64,000 nucleotides of DNA from Ascidiella aspersa (Eukaryota). Below the pieces are notes generated by a model. That model did no database searches. It had not been told where the DNA came from and saw only the letters and a program-made list of their open reading frames with translations. The position numbers and the translations under genes are program-made. Location: contig OZ004612.1 in NCBI GenBank assembly GCA_963924565.1, positions 6,696,001 to 6,760,000 of the forward strand, written 5' to 3'. Positions 1 through 12,600 of the stretch are shown one piece after another. The first letter of the stretch is position 1. Every line of letters begins with the position of its first letter.

Positions 1-165
1 TTGACTTGATATTTTTGCAAAAGACTCTAATTGGACTTACATTACTTTTTTAAATGACTTGACTGGGACCTAAGTCATTTTAAAATAACTTGTTTACAAA
101 ACTATTAAAAACCCATGATAGCAAAGCGATTGCAAAAAACTCAACCCAATAGCACTTTAACTCAC

Positions 166-250
166 CGAGTCCTAGAACTGCTTTGCTTCCCAATTCCGAC
201 AAAGCCAACAAGAATAAAATTAGCATTCCTGCCAGATTTTTTCTTGTCAT
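166..250 (-). CDS. First (signal peptide) exon of a further CTL-adhesion GPCR paralog (gene E); gene continues beyond the left edge
   Basis: ATG at 250 gives MTRKNLAGMLILFLLALSELGSKAVLGL, then G|gtgagt donor. The exon is 85 nt and paralogous to gene C exon 1 (28036-28120, offset 27870). Confidence 0.85.
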
Positions 251-3225
251 TCTTGTATTCAGAAATTTTACACTATAGTTTTAAAAAACAGACACACCTT
301 TCTTCAAAACTATAACAACATGGCTATCAGCGTGCTTGTTACGGTTTTAAGCGTTTTCGCCAGTTACATACACATTTGAATGTATAGACTTATCTCCTGT
401 AACTCAGTTATTTTTGTAAGCTTATTGGGTCTTATCTAATTGCTTTCCTAATTATAATGCGCTACACTGCCATCAACATCATGATAAAACTTCATACAGC
501 TAAAGTAACCGGAACTTAATCTACCTCATCCGTATGTTATAAGCGTGGTGAAGCTAGAACTAGATCCACACAATACATTAATGACGACTACCGCTGTAGT
601 CCCATGACGTAATTTGATCATTAAATATGTGTTAGCACACGCTTGAATTTGTAATTCATAACGTATACCGTATTGACTTAGCCTACTTACCTAACAGAAC
701 ATACAGCTTTATTATATCGTGTTTAAAAGGTTTATTTGCGAAATTGGGAACATGACATATATATACAGGTATAATAAAACGGTACCGGTAATACATAAAC
801 ACAACAGCTTTACAAATATAGACTTAAAACAGTGCGCACGAAAGCAATATAGTGAAGTTTGTTTTACCAAGAGTTTTGCCATTTGTTACGCATTTATGCC
901 AAGTGGTTAATCGTATGAAAATGCTAAACAACAAATTAATTAAAATTGAAAAAATGAAAGCTTTTTGTGCACCACAAGTAAATTCAATCGAGCGAAATTT
1001 AACGTATTTCAATACTGTGTTGAACTACCATTAGTGCAACGCATATAACAAAAAATAACAATAAAATTTCGTGTAAACCGTTGGGTGGTGTGTATTTACT
1101 TAAAGCCCTACAGGTGCTGGTTTTCAGCCAATTTATTTCGACTTGATGTAATGGTTTGCCAGTGGCTTTTAAACAACGCCATGTAATTATTGAAGTTAAT
1201 GTCCTGCACCGAACCGGCAAAATATATTACAAAACGCCAATGTTATGTTTGCGAGGCTTAGAAGCAACCTGTTGTGCGCTTTATTCTTCGTCAAGACGAA
1301 AACGTATCACAAATTTGTTTTTTTACAAATGGTATATATCACGTCGGCCTGTTTTTGAACAAATCGGGGCTCGCTAAACAAGAAACTTAATTACCACTTA
1401 GAAACGCCAATTAAGATTCTAGGGCGTCAAGATGGGGGTGATCTAAACGTTTTGCACTGCAAACTGAACAAGCAGAAAATCAAATAATTAAATTTACATA
1501 ACTATAAAATGATAAAGAAGCGGCATTAGAAATCCTGCATCACTTCAGAGTGACCTATAACGTTCGAAAGTTAATACGACGTGTTATGTTAATTTTCGGG
1601 ATATTTAGGTTGTAAACTGCTGCGGCGGTTATTTAGGGGCAGTTGCTACACATGGTAATTTTATTTACGCCTCGTTATTAGCAAGTCGCATTTTCCTCCA
1701 AATTGCGCCACTTACTTAGTTTTTTTTCTGATTCTGATTTTACTTTTATTAAATGAAGGTGTTATGCGAAAGCTTGTCACTATTGCAATACAATTTGTGT
1801 TCGGCATAGTGCCTCGTGTTTTCAGATTTGTAATTTGCGTGTCACGTTAAAACTCCGGAAACGTGCAGGAACTTGAACTTGTAAAAATGGCGGTTTCGAA
1901 AACCTACATAGGGGTTAGTTATGAAAAGCAAGAAGCAGTTGTGACAAAGATACACAGAGGGTACTGAAAGCTTGTAAATGTCGACATGAAAAGTGGTGAA
2001 AAGTTAGCTTGGACGCAAATCCTCCGGTAAAAATAAAGTCTTACAAAAAAGTACAAGAAATTGCAAACAAAAACCAATTACCGTAATTGCAACAGCATTT
2101 AATGAACCACAGGTTAAATACACACGCACGTCAAATTGCATCTCGTTGTTTCAGAAAGGTATAAGCGAAAGCTTTTGTGCAAGACATACATGCAAGAAAA
2201 GAGAGCATTACATTTTTCTTTACCATTTTAAAAATTGCAGAATTCGTCATATGTACAGTTGTACTGTGTCCAGTAGTCAAGAATGCTTGATTCCATGACG
2301 AAACTAAAAGCAGATTAGTAAATCTTTACGTTTCCCGTTAATCGTTTACCCGTTTTTAAATTGATTGTGTTTTATTGATGTTGCTTCAAAATTGAGTTTG
2401 ACTTTCGTTTGTTCTCACAATATATAATATGAAACTAAATTATAATGTGGAATCGCACAGAGTGAATACACTAACAAAATAGTGAAGGAGTGTAAACAGT
2501 AAAAAATAAATTACTAAGAATAAGTTATTTCGAACAGAACATTTTGAAAAGTAAAGTATTAGCGCCGTTGATAATGCGTCGTGTCGTTCTAACAGTTTTT
2601 TATTAGCAATCCGTTAATTCGGAGAGGCATTTGTTGCAGTAAGCAGTCGAAAAATTTCGAATTTCGGGAATCGTTGCAGCCTAGCAGGACCAAAATTGTT
2701 TAAAAATAACGATTTTTTTGCGTTTTATCATTTTAAAGGACTACTACGTTATAAAGGGTTCACAAAAACGCATTTAATGCTTATGTTATAACGCTTCAGT
2801 TTTGTCCGCCTTTCACGCTTTTCGGTGGTCTCCAACAACCATGCAAATCGAAGCGTTTGTCTTTCGCTTCTATAATCGCACTTCACACATTAGGAATAAA
2901 ATAGCAGCCGTCTTCACTGCATATGCTACACAATAGGCGAATAGAGCCAACGGCCACCTATTCCAGTTTGGTTTCACCAGTCGACTGGGCAGTTGTATCC
3001 CTGTTGCCGTTAGTCGTGCTGCTGTCCACTTGCATTCGCTTCTTTTTGCGCGCTATGGTCAGCCGCTTGCCCACCCTCGTTCTATTTCACAGAGACACGC
3101 TTGCGTTTCGTACCTCCTTGCTACAGACGCAGTAGACGAGGAGAACGAAGAATCCCTGCAGTCCGTTCACCACAATCGTCAGGTACAGGAACGCGTCGCT
3201 TGTGTCTAAGGGACAAAATAAACTT

Positions 3226-3304
3226 AGCAACAGCTTAGCTCAGTTTGTAGAGCGACGGTCCAGGCCTGAATGGAGGCCGTAAGTTCGAACCTCACTGCAG
3301 GCTA
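3226..3304 (+). mobile_element. tRNA-derived SINE head (pol III A and B boxes)
   Basis: TAGCTCAGTTTGTAGAGC (A box) and AGTTCGAACCT (B box), ending ctcactgcaggcta. No good acceptor stem. Paralogous copy at ~31074-31151 and an inverted relative at ~42246-42345. Confidence 0.6.
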
Positions 3305-4350
3305 GTTGTTTTTCTAATCTGCCCTGTTTGCATCATAGGTCAACAGATTCGGTGAGTCTGCAATGGCTTTCGGTTTACAGATAAATGCATTTATCTTATT
3401 AGTCTTAAATTAAACTTTTAAGACAAGTCCAAAAACATTCCTGAAAGGTTTTGGTCTATCAGGCAGCCGCAAAGCTAGACAGAAGCTAAACGTGTAGACA
3501 GTGAAACATCACAATACGTATAGAGTGTTTGTGAAAAGCATCTATCAGAAACATCAAAGAGTCTTCAGGTATCCAATTCAATTTCACTTACCGACAAGAA
3601 AAAATAGAATCCAGGGAACACTAAGGATGGGAAGCAGCATGACAGTTGCTCTGAAGGCCGCCTTCAGATGCTCCACGTCACCCTCATCCTGTCTTCGTTC
3701 AGCAATCGGCTTGAAGCTCTCAGTTTGCTTGCTCATCGAGTAAATGAAGACTCCGACTCGAATCAGGATTAGGAAGTTGATGAAGATGGTGATGGCAACC
3801 GGAGCTATCACCGTAGTGTAGAGGATCGCAGATGCTTCCATCCAGCACTTCGTGTAGCTCTGCTGACCGGTCAAAGCCATGTACTTGTCCAGGAGGAATC
3901 CGGGGATTGCGCTGCAGACCAGGAGCAGCCCTGGAAGACCCCATGCGAAGAGGAACTCGATAGCTTTGAATCGGCCACTTTGACTCGCGTTGAGGGCTCG
4001 GTCGGCTGTTTTCAGCATAAGAGTCACTCCCTCTACCAGCATCCAAAAGGCTGTGGAGAACATAGGTTGATTTCGTTAATCAGAGCTGTGATTTGTGGCT
4101 TTCGCCGTTGGTTTTAGTCAAATTAAGGCAGTTCCTTTATAGAAATTGCTGGTCATGTTGAAAGTGGAGCTAACTGTGTACTGCGCACGGCTTTACATAA
4201 TGAAGCGACGAAAGTCAGCATGGGCGTTATACTGCTGCGTTTTATTAATGCTACGAGTCTTGTACTTTTGTACACCACGATGATGCGGCAGACTTTTGTC
4301 ATAAAAGGTGCAAATCTAAAACTAAAAAAAGACGAAATCGCACATTTACC

Positions 4351-4413
4351 CGGAGTCGGACTCGGGACCCTGGAGTCGGATTCGGGTTGTATTGAACCGA
4401 GTCCGCAGCCCTG
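4351..4413. mobile_element. MITE end fragment with GGAGTCGGA subterminal repeats
   Basis: ggagtcggactcgg...ggagtcggattcgg...gagtccgcagccctg. Copy at ~17648-17710. Absent from the homologous gene B intron. Confidence 0.5.
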
Positions 4414-4844
4414 ATTCTTACACATAGTTTGTAAGCCAAATATATCACTGTTCGTTAAGCCTATACGACTCTAGTGTGAACCTAATTTAAAACCGCATTT
4501 CAAAAAAGTGGAAAATGATCACATTTTCCCGCGGCTAGTTTTTCATTGAAAAACGCAAGCCAAACAAACTGCATGCAATAACAACCAGCCAAAATCACCT
4601 GAGCTGAGTATTGTGTATTGTAAGGTCATACGTAGCCCCTCGCGAACGTAGCCAGAGCGGCGTCAGCGTTTTTTTGGGGCGGCCAATTATTACTCTCCGA
4701 TACCCTTGCCTTATCATTAAGTGTCCTACAAATGTTGTCAGACGAGCAACTGGTGTGCAATGGCAGGTGCAACGGCTTCGCAAATTCCTTTAAGGCCGTT
4801 TAGTTGAAAAATAAACATTCCATCGTAAAACGTATAGTACGCTA

Positions 4845-5243
4845 CAGGGTTATTCAAATATTTAAGGTCATTTTTAGGCTAACGTAAAGTATAGGCTAAT
4901 AGTAACGCATTAATAAAACAAAAATCGGGAAATTATCTCGACGAATGTATAGTAACATCACTTGACTGAGTACAAAACAAAGTGGAATATAAAAAATGAC
5001 CAGGCGGCGTCGAAAAACAAGATTTGTCATGAAAAACTAAGTTAATTTAAACCAAAATGACTAATTTGTACAAAGTGAGTGCATTTATTTGTTGATTACT
5101 GGATGTATTTGTTATTTACGAGAAGAAGAAAAACAAGTAAAATAAGTTAAACACAATGCTTGGTATTTTTACAAGAACGGGGGCCACGAGGGTCGAGAGC
5201 CACTTAAAGGGGGCCACGAAGCATAAAAGGTTGAAAACCACTG
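4845..5243. mobile_element. hAT-type non-autonomous element (degenerate)
   Basis: Imperfect TIRs CAGGGTTATTCAA / TTGAAAACCACTG with GGGGCCACG subterminal repeats. Paralogous copy at ~18142-18563. No clean TSD. Confidence 0.5.
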
Positions 5244-6675
5244 GTGTAGACCCTTCTTTGGCAGTTGCCAGTCGCTATTTTGGCTGGTAGGTAACCCTTT
5301 CATTACACATGTTTTCGCGTTATTAAGGCGGATTTATTCAAATGTTTGTTTCCACGGATTAGGTATAGTTGTACAAATATTTCTAAAGCAAGTGCATTGC
5401 TATTGAAAATGTCGGATTTCATTCAAACGTTTGCTATGGCATAACTGCTGTAGTTAAGTAATTAAGAACATACCGGGCAAATTAGTCATATGTTAATACA
5501 TTTATTAAATTAAAATCGCGTCGCCTTATTTACCTTGGGGTGTACACTGTGTTACATGAATGTTTCTTCTGATTTTGAAACAAGACTGATTTTTTAAGTG
5601 ACGCGCTTCATTCAAATATGAGTTAAAGCGATTTGTGAATCAATTATTTCATCCGCGAAGTCTTTATAATCAGTGAGCCCGTATCGTATTTTAATGTTTA
5701 CCCTGGAAAAAAGAAAATCGCAGAAAAGTAACAAAATATTTACCAGGCACTTGAAAGAATACGATGGCGAATATGTTACTAATCTCAACCTTGTTGAAAC
5801 TTGTTTTTTCACCTTTGACGTGCAATTCTGAGCCAGAACATAATGACACATAAAATTTGTATAGATGCACGCGCACACGCGAACTCACGCCCATGGAAAG
5901 ATTTTACTTTTTAGTGTAAATAAGCAGTCCTGTACAGTTAGTTCTAATATGCAAGAGTCCCACACAAGTCTAAATATATACATTTGCCTGACGATGAGAA
6001 TTTTTCTAGTAGTAGTCAAAAGTCTGCCTACGAGTTTTTCTACGCTTTGCGGAAACGCGTAGCTTAGTGATGCCAATTGGAGCTAAACTGTGCGTAAGAT
6101 GCACTCATTGTTTGTTTGGAGTAGGTGGTATTTTTGGAACTCTTAAAAGTAGCAGTTTGTTAACAGATAATGCTTTTAACAGAATTTGCAGGTCACAATG
6201 TATTTTTTTTTATTTTTCTGCTTTTATTTCCCAAATAAATCCAACGAAACAATTGACGGGCATTTATAAACTTATTAAATACATTATTTATGTACAAAGC
6301 ATAATTATGTAGGCAAATATTTTACATCAGCTGTAGTCTAACTCTATAGCCCTAAAATTCAAACTAAGTATAATTAAACTTGCAATCGTAAAAAAATCGT
6401 TTCGTTTTCATAATAAGACATACGCCACACGTCATACAGTCGAGTTGGGGCCGTACCCCCGGTAAACCCGCCATCAATCATCGCTTTAGGCACACCTTCC
6501 ACAAACAAATCTATCTATAAGTTAAGCAAAGAATAGTAAAGCATGACATAGCGTGCTTTGTTTAACACACAATTGCGTGTTCTGCCTTTGTAACGCTGTA
6601 AAGATGTACACTGTTCTCAGAAATATCAAAAACAGTTAGGTCGGAAACTAATTGGCTTTCTGTCATTTAAAACCA

Positions 6676-9600
6676 TCATCCAACGTTAGTTGACCCGGTA
6701 ACAGCGGTTGACAGCGAACCGCTGTTGCTAGCCCCCGGGAACTTGTTCTTCTTTCGTATCTGAAGGCTCTTTATCACTGTTCTGTTCCAAGCGTTCACGG
6801 CGGCGTTGCGTACCTCTTTGCTGAAGACGCAGTAGACGAGAAAAATAAATAATCCTTGTAGTCCGTTCACCGCGATCGTCAGGTACAGGAACACAACGCT
6901 CGCGTCTGTTAAAAACAAGAAAATGGAGGTTAGAACGGCGACACCCACAGACAAGAAAATGTCCTATCATTGAATTTTCCGTTGCCATAAAGGAAGCCTC
7001 TTCCTATTTAAACAGATAGGCAGCCTACGCCTCCAGCTCTATATCTATTTGGACGTTGGACTGTATAATAGGTTACTTTTCATGTGGAAAAATGCATCGT
7101 TTTAAATAATCAATTCGATTAAAAGTGTGTTTGACAACAGACTTCTCTGTAAAGGTTCGATAATTATCAACTTAGTTAATCAGAACAGGTTTATTTAACT
7201 TCACGCAAGGTATAAACATGAATATAAATCAAATACGTATCTCTGCAATATGTGATCAACCACCTATGAAGGTAAGCAATCGTAACTATGTGCTACATTT
7301 TCTAGCCCTGCTTGATTGCACTACGACCCTAGAAGGTTTAACTCATTTCGCTAACAATCTTTTCGAAGTACCCGGTAAACGACCACCTAAAAAACTTTTC
7401 TTGTTTAAACCAGCAATCCGCTACACAACTTGCGTAGACTCTTCATAAGTTTACAATTAGGAAACATATACACTTACCGACGAGCAAGAAGAGCAGCCAA
7501 GGAACACTCATGATGGGCAGGAGCATGGCTGTGGCCTTGAGTGCAGCGCGCAAATGCGTCGTGTCCAGTTTGGTACCGCTACTAGTCCCTCCTCTCTCAG
7601 CAATCGGCTTAAAACTATCGGTTTTCTTGCTCATCTTATGGACGAAGAATCCGATTCGGATCAGGATGAAGAGGTTGATCAAGATGGTAACGCCGACTGG
7701 GAGCATTACGGAAGCGTAAAGGATCGGAGAGGCATCCACCCAGCACTTCTTGTAGCCCCCTGCACCATTCGGGGCCAGGTAAATTTCGAGAAGGAATCCT
7801 GGTATTGCGCTTATGGTCACTATGAGCGCAGGTAGACCCCAAGCGAAAATCATTCTTGGCGCGTTTGAATTTCGCGCGGAGTTGAGCTTCATGGCTTGGT
7901 CGGTGGTCTTCAGCAACAATGATGTACCCTCCACCAGCATCCAGAAGGCTAAAGATTTTAAATTACAGTGGTTTTGTTAACTACCGTTGGCTCATTGAAA
8001 TGAAACACGGTTCTTACTTTTTTCTCACTCCTATATATAATATTATGGTAATGGTATTTGTTCAGGTTTTGGAAATAGAAAAAAAAACTTCTGCCCGTAT
8101 TTTTATTTGAATATTTTCTTTATTAACACATTATTTCGACAGGACAGCATACAAGCTGTCATACGGTTCCCACAAAGATACATCGCTACATTTTGCTCTC
8201 ATTTTAGCCACGGAGGGTTACAAGGGTTGTCTATAATGTTTCCATATTTCTTGTGAAAAAGTGTCTTTCCGCGTTATATGGAATGCACTTAAATTATGGC
8301 TGGCGCATGCAATACTAATTCTAAACCAGGGGATGCAATTATTTATAAAGACTTGTGCTTTTCAAAATCATTCCGTGCGTGAAAGCCAACACATACTCTC
8401 TTTCAGTGAATACGCTTCCAAGTAAACGTTCCAGTAGTTTAAAAGGTACGTCATTGCATTCCGCCCAGACAAATCATATACTGGTTTTGTCAAATTTGTG
8501 ACAGTTCAGGGACTACAGTGATCTGATGTGTCAATCTGGATGATTTTATTTCTTATTTTTCTATTGTTATATTAGAGGCTATTCGCAAATTGTTTCTTAA
8601 CGTGTTGTTGCCCGCGTTTTTTTAGTTTTTCCGTATATTGTGCTACAAGCGTTCGGCGTCATTCGCCATGAAAAAGGCGTTTTGGATGGGTTGCCGAAAC
8701 TTTGGTTAACAATTACAATCAACAGAGGAGCTGTTTTTGATTAATAATATTGTGCCTGGTAACAACATTTTATATATATGTAAGTTCTTATTGTTCAAAG
8801 GCGCTTCTAATTGACGAAAGACCAACCTGAACTCAGTATGGCGAAATGCAAAGCCAGGGCGGTCACTTCGCAAAATGTACGGCTTTGCAGCGCCGCGTCA
8901 TGAACCAGGTTGAAAGCGTGGAAAAGCAGCAAGGCGATAGTAAGGTTGATCTGCACAACGCTTCGTTCGTTACCTCGCCTCTTGCGCACAGCTATAAGGA
9001 CGGTGAGTGTTAATACGAGTGAGAGAATCGACACGGTTCCGCAGACGTACGTCAAAGCCTGGATGATGAATAGTGGTTATTTGTCGTTTGCGCTGAGCTA
9101 TTACGTCATATTTTTTACAGCTCTACTATTGGTTAGTGTGGGTGGTTTAGGTTCGATTTTGTACGATTCATTGATTTTATAAACATCAAAATTTATAATA
9201 ACTTGATTAAATGCTTAGTCGGGTCGGTTTGAACCAATAGAACCACTTATGTCAATCAAATGTCTATCGTACAGGTGTATTTTTAGAAGCTGATATAACT
9301 ACTGTTTGCCAGTCTTCAAACGCAGAATGTTACAATTTTTTACTAAGTGGACTGTTCTTTTTAAACCTAACAAATAAGATTCCTACCAAACATACTACAA
9401 CAAAACAAAAAGGTAATATTTTCCGGTTACTCAATGTTTTGAGGGCATTTTTTTTCTTTTTATTGCATTTTAAGAGAAATGTATATCTCTTCAACGATAA
9501 ACTACTCCCTGAATAAATTTCGGATGGTTCAATTCTAACTCCATATTCACCAACAAACCGTTGAATTATGTTTCAATAAACATGGATAAACAAGTACGTA

Positions 9601-12600
9601 CATCAAGTCATAGTACGATTTTCAATATAACTAACCTTTGCTGATGCAGGAACCAGTCTCCCGGTAACAGAAAGCAACACAGCGAAGATAGTTGTGTGGT
9701 TCGACTTGCATCTCACTCTACCTTCTTCATCTACTCCAAGATTCGTCATGCCGTAACTCGACCACTCCCCGCTCGATTCGTTCAGAAAAACGCACAAGTA
9801 CGTAGCGCTCTCAAGGCGAAACCGCCCCTCGTTCTTGTTGTTTATCATCGCGACCGCGCGTTGTGCTTCGGCCGCGTTGACTTTAATTCCAAACCTCACT
9901 GTAACGTTGGACTGTGACACTTCGGGTAGAATTTCCAACGCAATGCCAACCGGGATTTGTCCGCTGATGGTTAATTCGCTGTTCTTTGTGGGTGAAAATA
10001 CGCTCGTTTTTAGCTTGAGGGTCTGAAGTGTTAAGTTGAAACCTACTGGGGAGTCTAGTTCCATTATTATTTGACCCCCTGAACCTAGGGTCTGTTGTAA
10101 AGTCTCCCCCGGTGCCACGTTTGCCTTCCTCGTTGACTGGACTTCCCACTGGCAGCAATATCCACCTAAATATAATGGACGGTATGCAGTGACACTGAAT
10201 TGCCATTTATCGAGTTGCTCTTCCTTTTTAGCATAATTTCGTGAAGCGGTCAAGGATGACTTATTTTGTTAGTCAAAATAACCTTACTAACGCAATCAAT
10301 TAAATAAACCACTGCATTAAATGTTGATATTATAGGCTTTGGTGAGCATGGAAAACTGTTCATATCACCTGTTTGTAGAGCAATAATTCAAATTTTTTAA
10401 TAGTCACATTGTCGTCAATCTTCCGTGTAATGTAAGAGTTCTATATGCGAAAAACTACACACCATCCCAATTTGTTCTTATTACTGTGATTAACTTTGAT
10501 TTCGTTTTTCAAGCAATAATTTAGATCAAACGCTATAATGCATCATCGACCAAATATAGTGTTTAAAGTTGGATATACAGTCAAAAGGTTATTACTGCTC
10601 TGTAAATGGCGCTGCACAACCATTAAATATTTGACCCCAATCAGTAATTACGAACTGCTAAGCGTTTTCCTGTGAAAATTGCGGGACGCCCTTATATATT
10701 ATGTTATTTGCGTCCACAGCATTAAGAGTGAAAATTTTAAACCATACATTACGTTCTTGTATCTATAATCGGATACCTTTAAATTATTTTTTATGTTAAA
10801 GGAAAACTTTTATACATGTTGGGATTTTTTAAGCCAAGGTTGAAACACGTTTAGCTTACTTGCAACAAAAATGCCGCCTGCTGTTGTATGCGTTTCGGCA
10901 AGAGCTGGTTTGCTTGTTTTTTTTGTTGCGCTTATGGCGGATGTCATTCCACTTTGTTGTCTGTTGGATCTTGAGCTTGTTGATTGCGACATTGCTGGTA
11001 AAGTTGTTCCGAGCAATGTGTCGGTGAAATTCGTGTATGTTGTTTCTGTAGTTACGATTGATGGTGTCATTTTCGTGTCTGTTGTTGTTTCTGTTGTGGT
11101 TATATTTGTTATTATTAGAAGCGTTGCTGTTGGTGTTGTTGTTGTAGGTGTTTCTTTTGTTTGAGATTCTGTCTTTGTTTGTGTGGCGGTGGTCGATGCT
11201 GTTGTAGTTGTTGCAGCCATGGTCGGTGTTGTTGTTGTAGATTGCAAATCTGTAGCATGAAAAGCTCATAAACGACTCTGCATAAGTATATTATTTGCAA
11301 ACAAAGCATTCTGTACCTTTATAACATGAATAATAATACTTGGAAGTACACCTCACGTTATTCCAACCGGATGACGTGGTTTCCACGCATCCTTCTATTT
11401 GATTGTCGGGCTGATTATTTTTCCAGTTATCCCAGGTTAAGGAAGAACCGTCTATCCATTTATAGCCGCTTGATTCCGTGCAGCTTGCACCGTCCTCACA
11501 CTTTAACCCTTAATTAAAAAACATTCTCGCTTATGTACCTTATGAACGTATTTGTAATGTAACTTAATACTGAATGTGAAAGCTAAAAGGCCAGTAAATC
11601 AGCATCATCTTGTTTGGGACGTTTTGATACTCACTGATTATCAGTTGATGTGACTGAAATATATTCTAGCCTTACTCAAGAAATGGTTGAACGCTATTCT
11701 AATTCGGAAATCATAAGAGTTGCCTTCAAACTTGCATTAGTGTCATTGTTAGGATTTGTTGATTGAGATGATGTCGACCCGACCCTTAAGCGTTGACACT
11801 CATTTTTAAGCTGCATTTTCGCTAAAAGTCTTGTGAAGTTTGTCAGTTTCCAGTCTTACCGCTCAGAACTTACCTATCCACAATTGCCTACTGCCGAAAA
11901 ACACTTCCTGCCGCATGAGACACTTCATTAAATCTCCATCGGCAGAACTTTCCAGCTTTGCCAAATTCGATCCCCGGCTTTGGCATGCGCCTTGGGCTGA
12001 AGTGTGTGTTTCATAGGATTTAAAGATGGCGAGAAGCTTCGATCCGTTACCGTTGATTGAAGTGGCTGTAAAATAATTGTTTAGGTGACCGGAGCAAGCT
12101 GTTGATTACTTCTGCCAAAAACGCAGGTCGATTGGACAGTTACGACAATTATAGACCTTCACTAAGCCGATATTTTAACAAATTTATACAAGTTTGTATA
12201 TATTTTTTATATCAGTCAACAGCGTAAAAGATTCCTTCTTTCTTCAGTAAAATTAACGATCACAAAATACAAGTCTTCACGCTTTTTCTGTTCGTTGCTT
12301 TAGTTTGCAATGTTTAGAGTGTTTCTCAGCTCATGGGTCGCAACCCAAAATTAATTCGCCAATTGATTTGGTCGGGTCGGCGACTATAGTAGTGTTTTAT
12401 GGTTAGATTTATAGAGATTGGTTCTGAGCAAGATTTCTCTAATACTTGATAAAAATGCGTAAGCTGTAGAAAAACACGGCCACATAATTTAAATTCGTGT
12501 TTATGCAAACGTTCTATGCACTTTTATCGCTTACAAAAAGTTCAGGGAAGCGAATTCGCCAAAGCTTCGGTTTACTTAGGCTTACGGTTCGCCGTAAAAA

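Larger units (their letters stand above)
1..4330. repeat. Segmental duplicate of ~27871-32170
   Basis: Long colinear near-identity by eye, with duplicated spurious ORFs (719/28588, 852/28721, 1156/29025). Confidence 0.9.
2958..4670 (-). pseudogene. Orphan B-type 7TM exon pair downstream of gene D (TM3-TM6 exon 4050-3592; TM7/tail exon 3205-2958) plus decayed TM1-3 exon end (~4670-4599)
   Basis: Exons of 459 and 248 nt, the same sizes as gene B exons, with intact ag/gt. AFWMLVEG and NGLQG motifs present. TGG>TGA premature stop at 3089-3087 after helix 8. Upstream exon survives only as frameshifted DAAL...LQYTILSS|gt. Could instead be alternative exons of gene D. Confidence 0.7.
4070..10215. 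repeat. Segmental duplicate of ~17363-23660
   Basis: Colinear high identity including introns and 3' flank (ORF pairs 4220/17517, 5865/19184, 8807/22115). Confidence 0.9.

Noticed and set aside
719-1377. Short ORFs repeated at 28588-29258
   Set aside because: Conserved only because of recent segmental duplication; no motifs, overlapping on both strands.
3226-3304. Functional tRNA gene
   Set aside because: A and B boxes present but no convincing acceptor or anticodon stems; dispersed relatives indicate a SINE.
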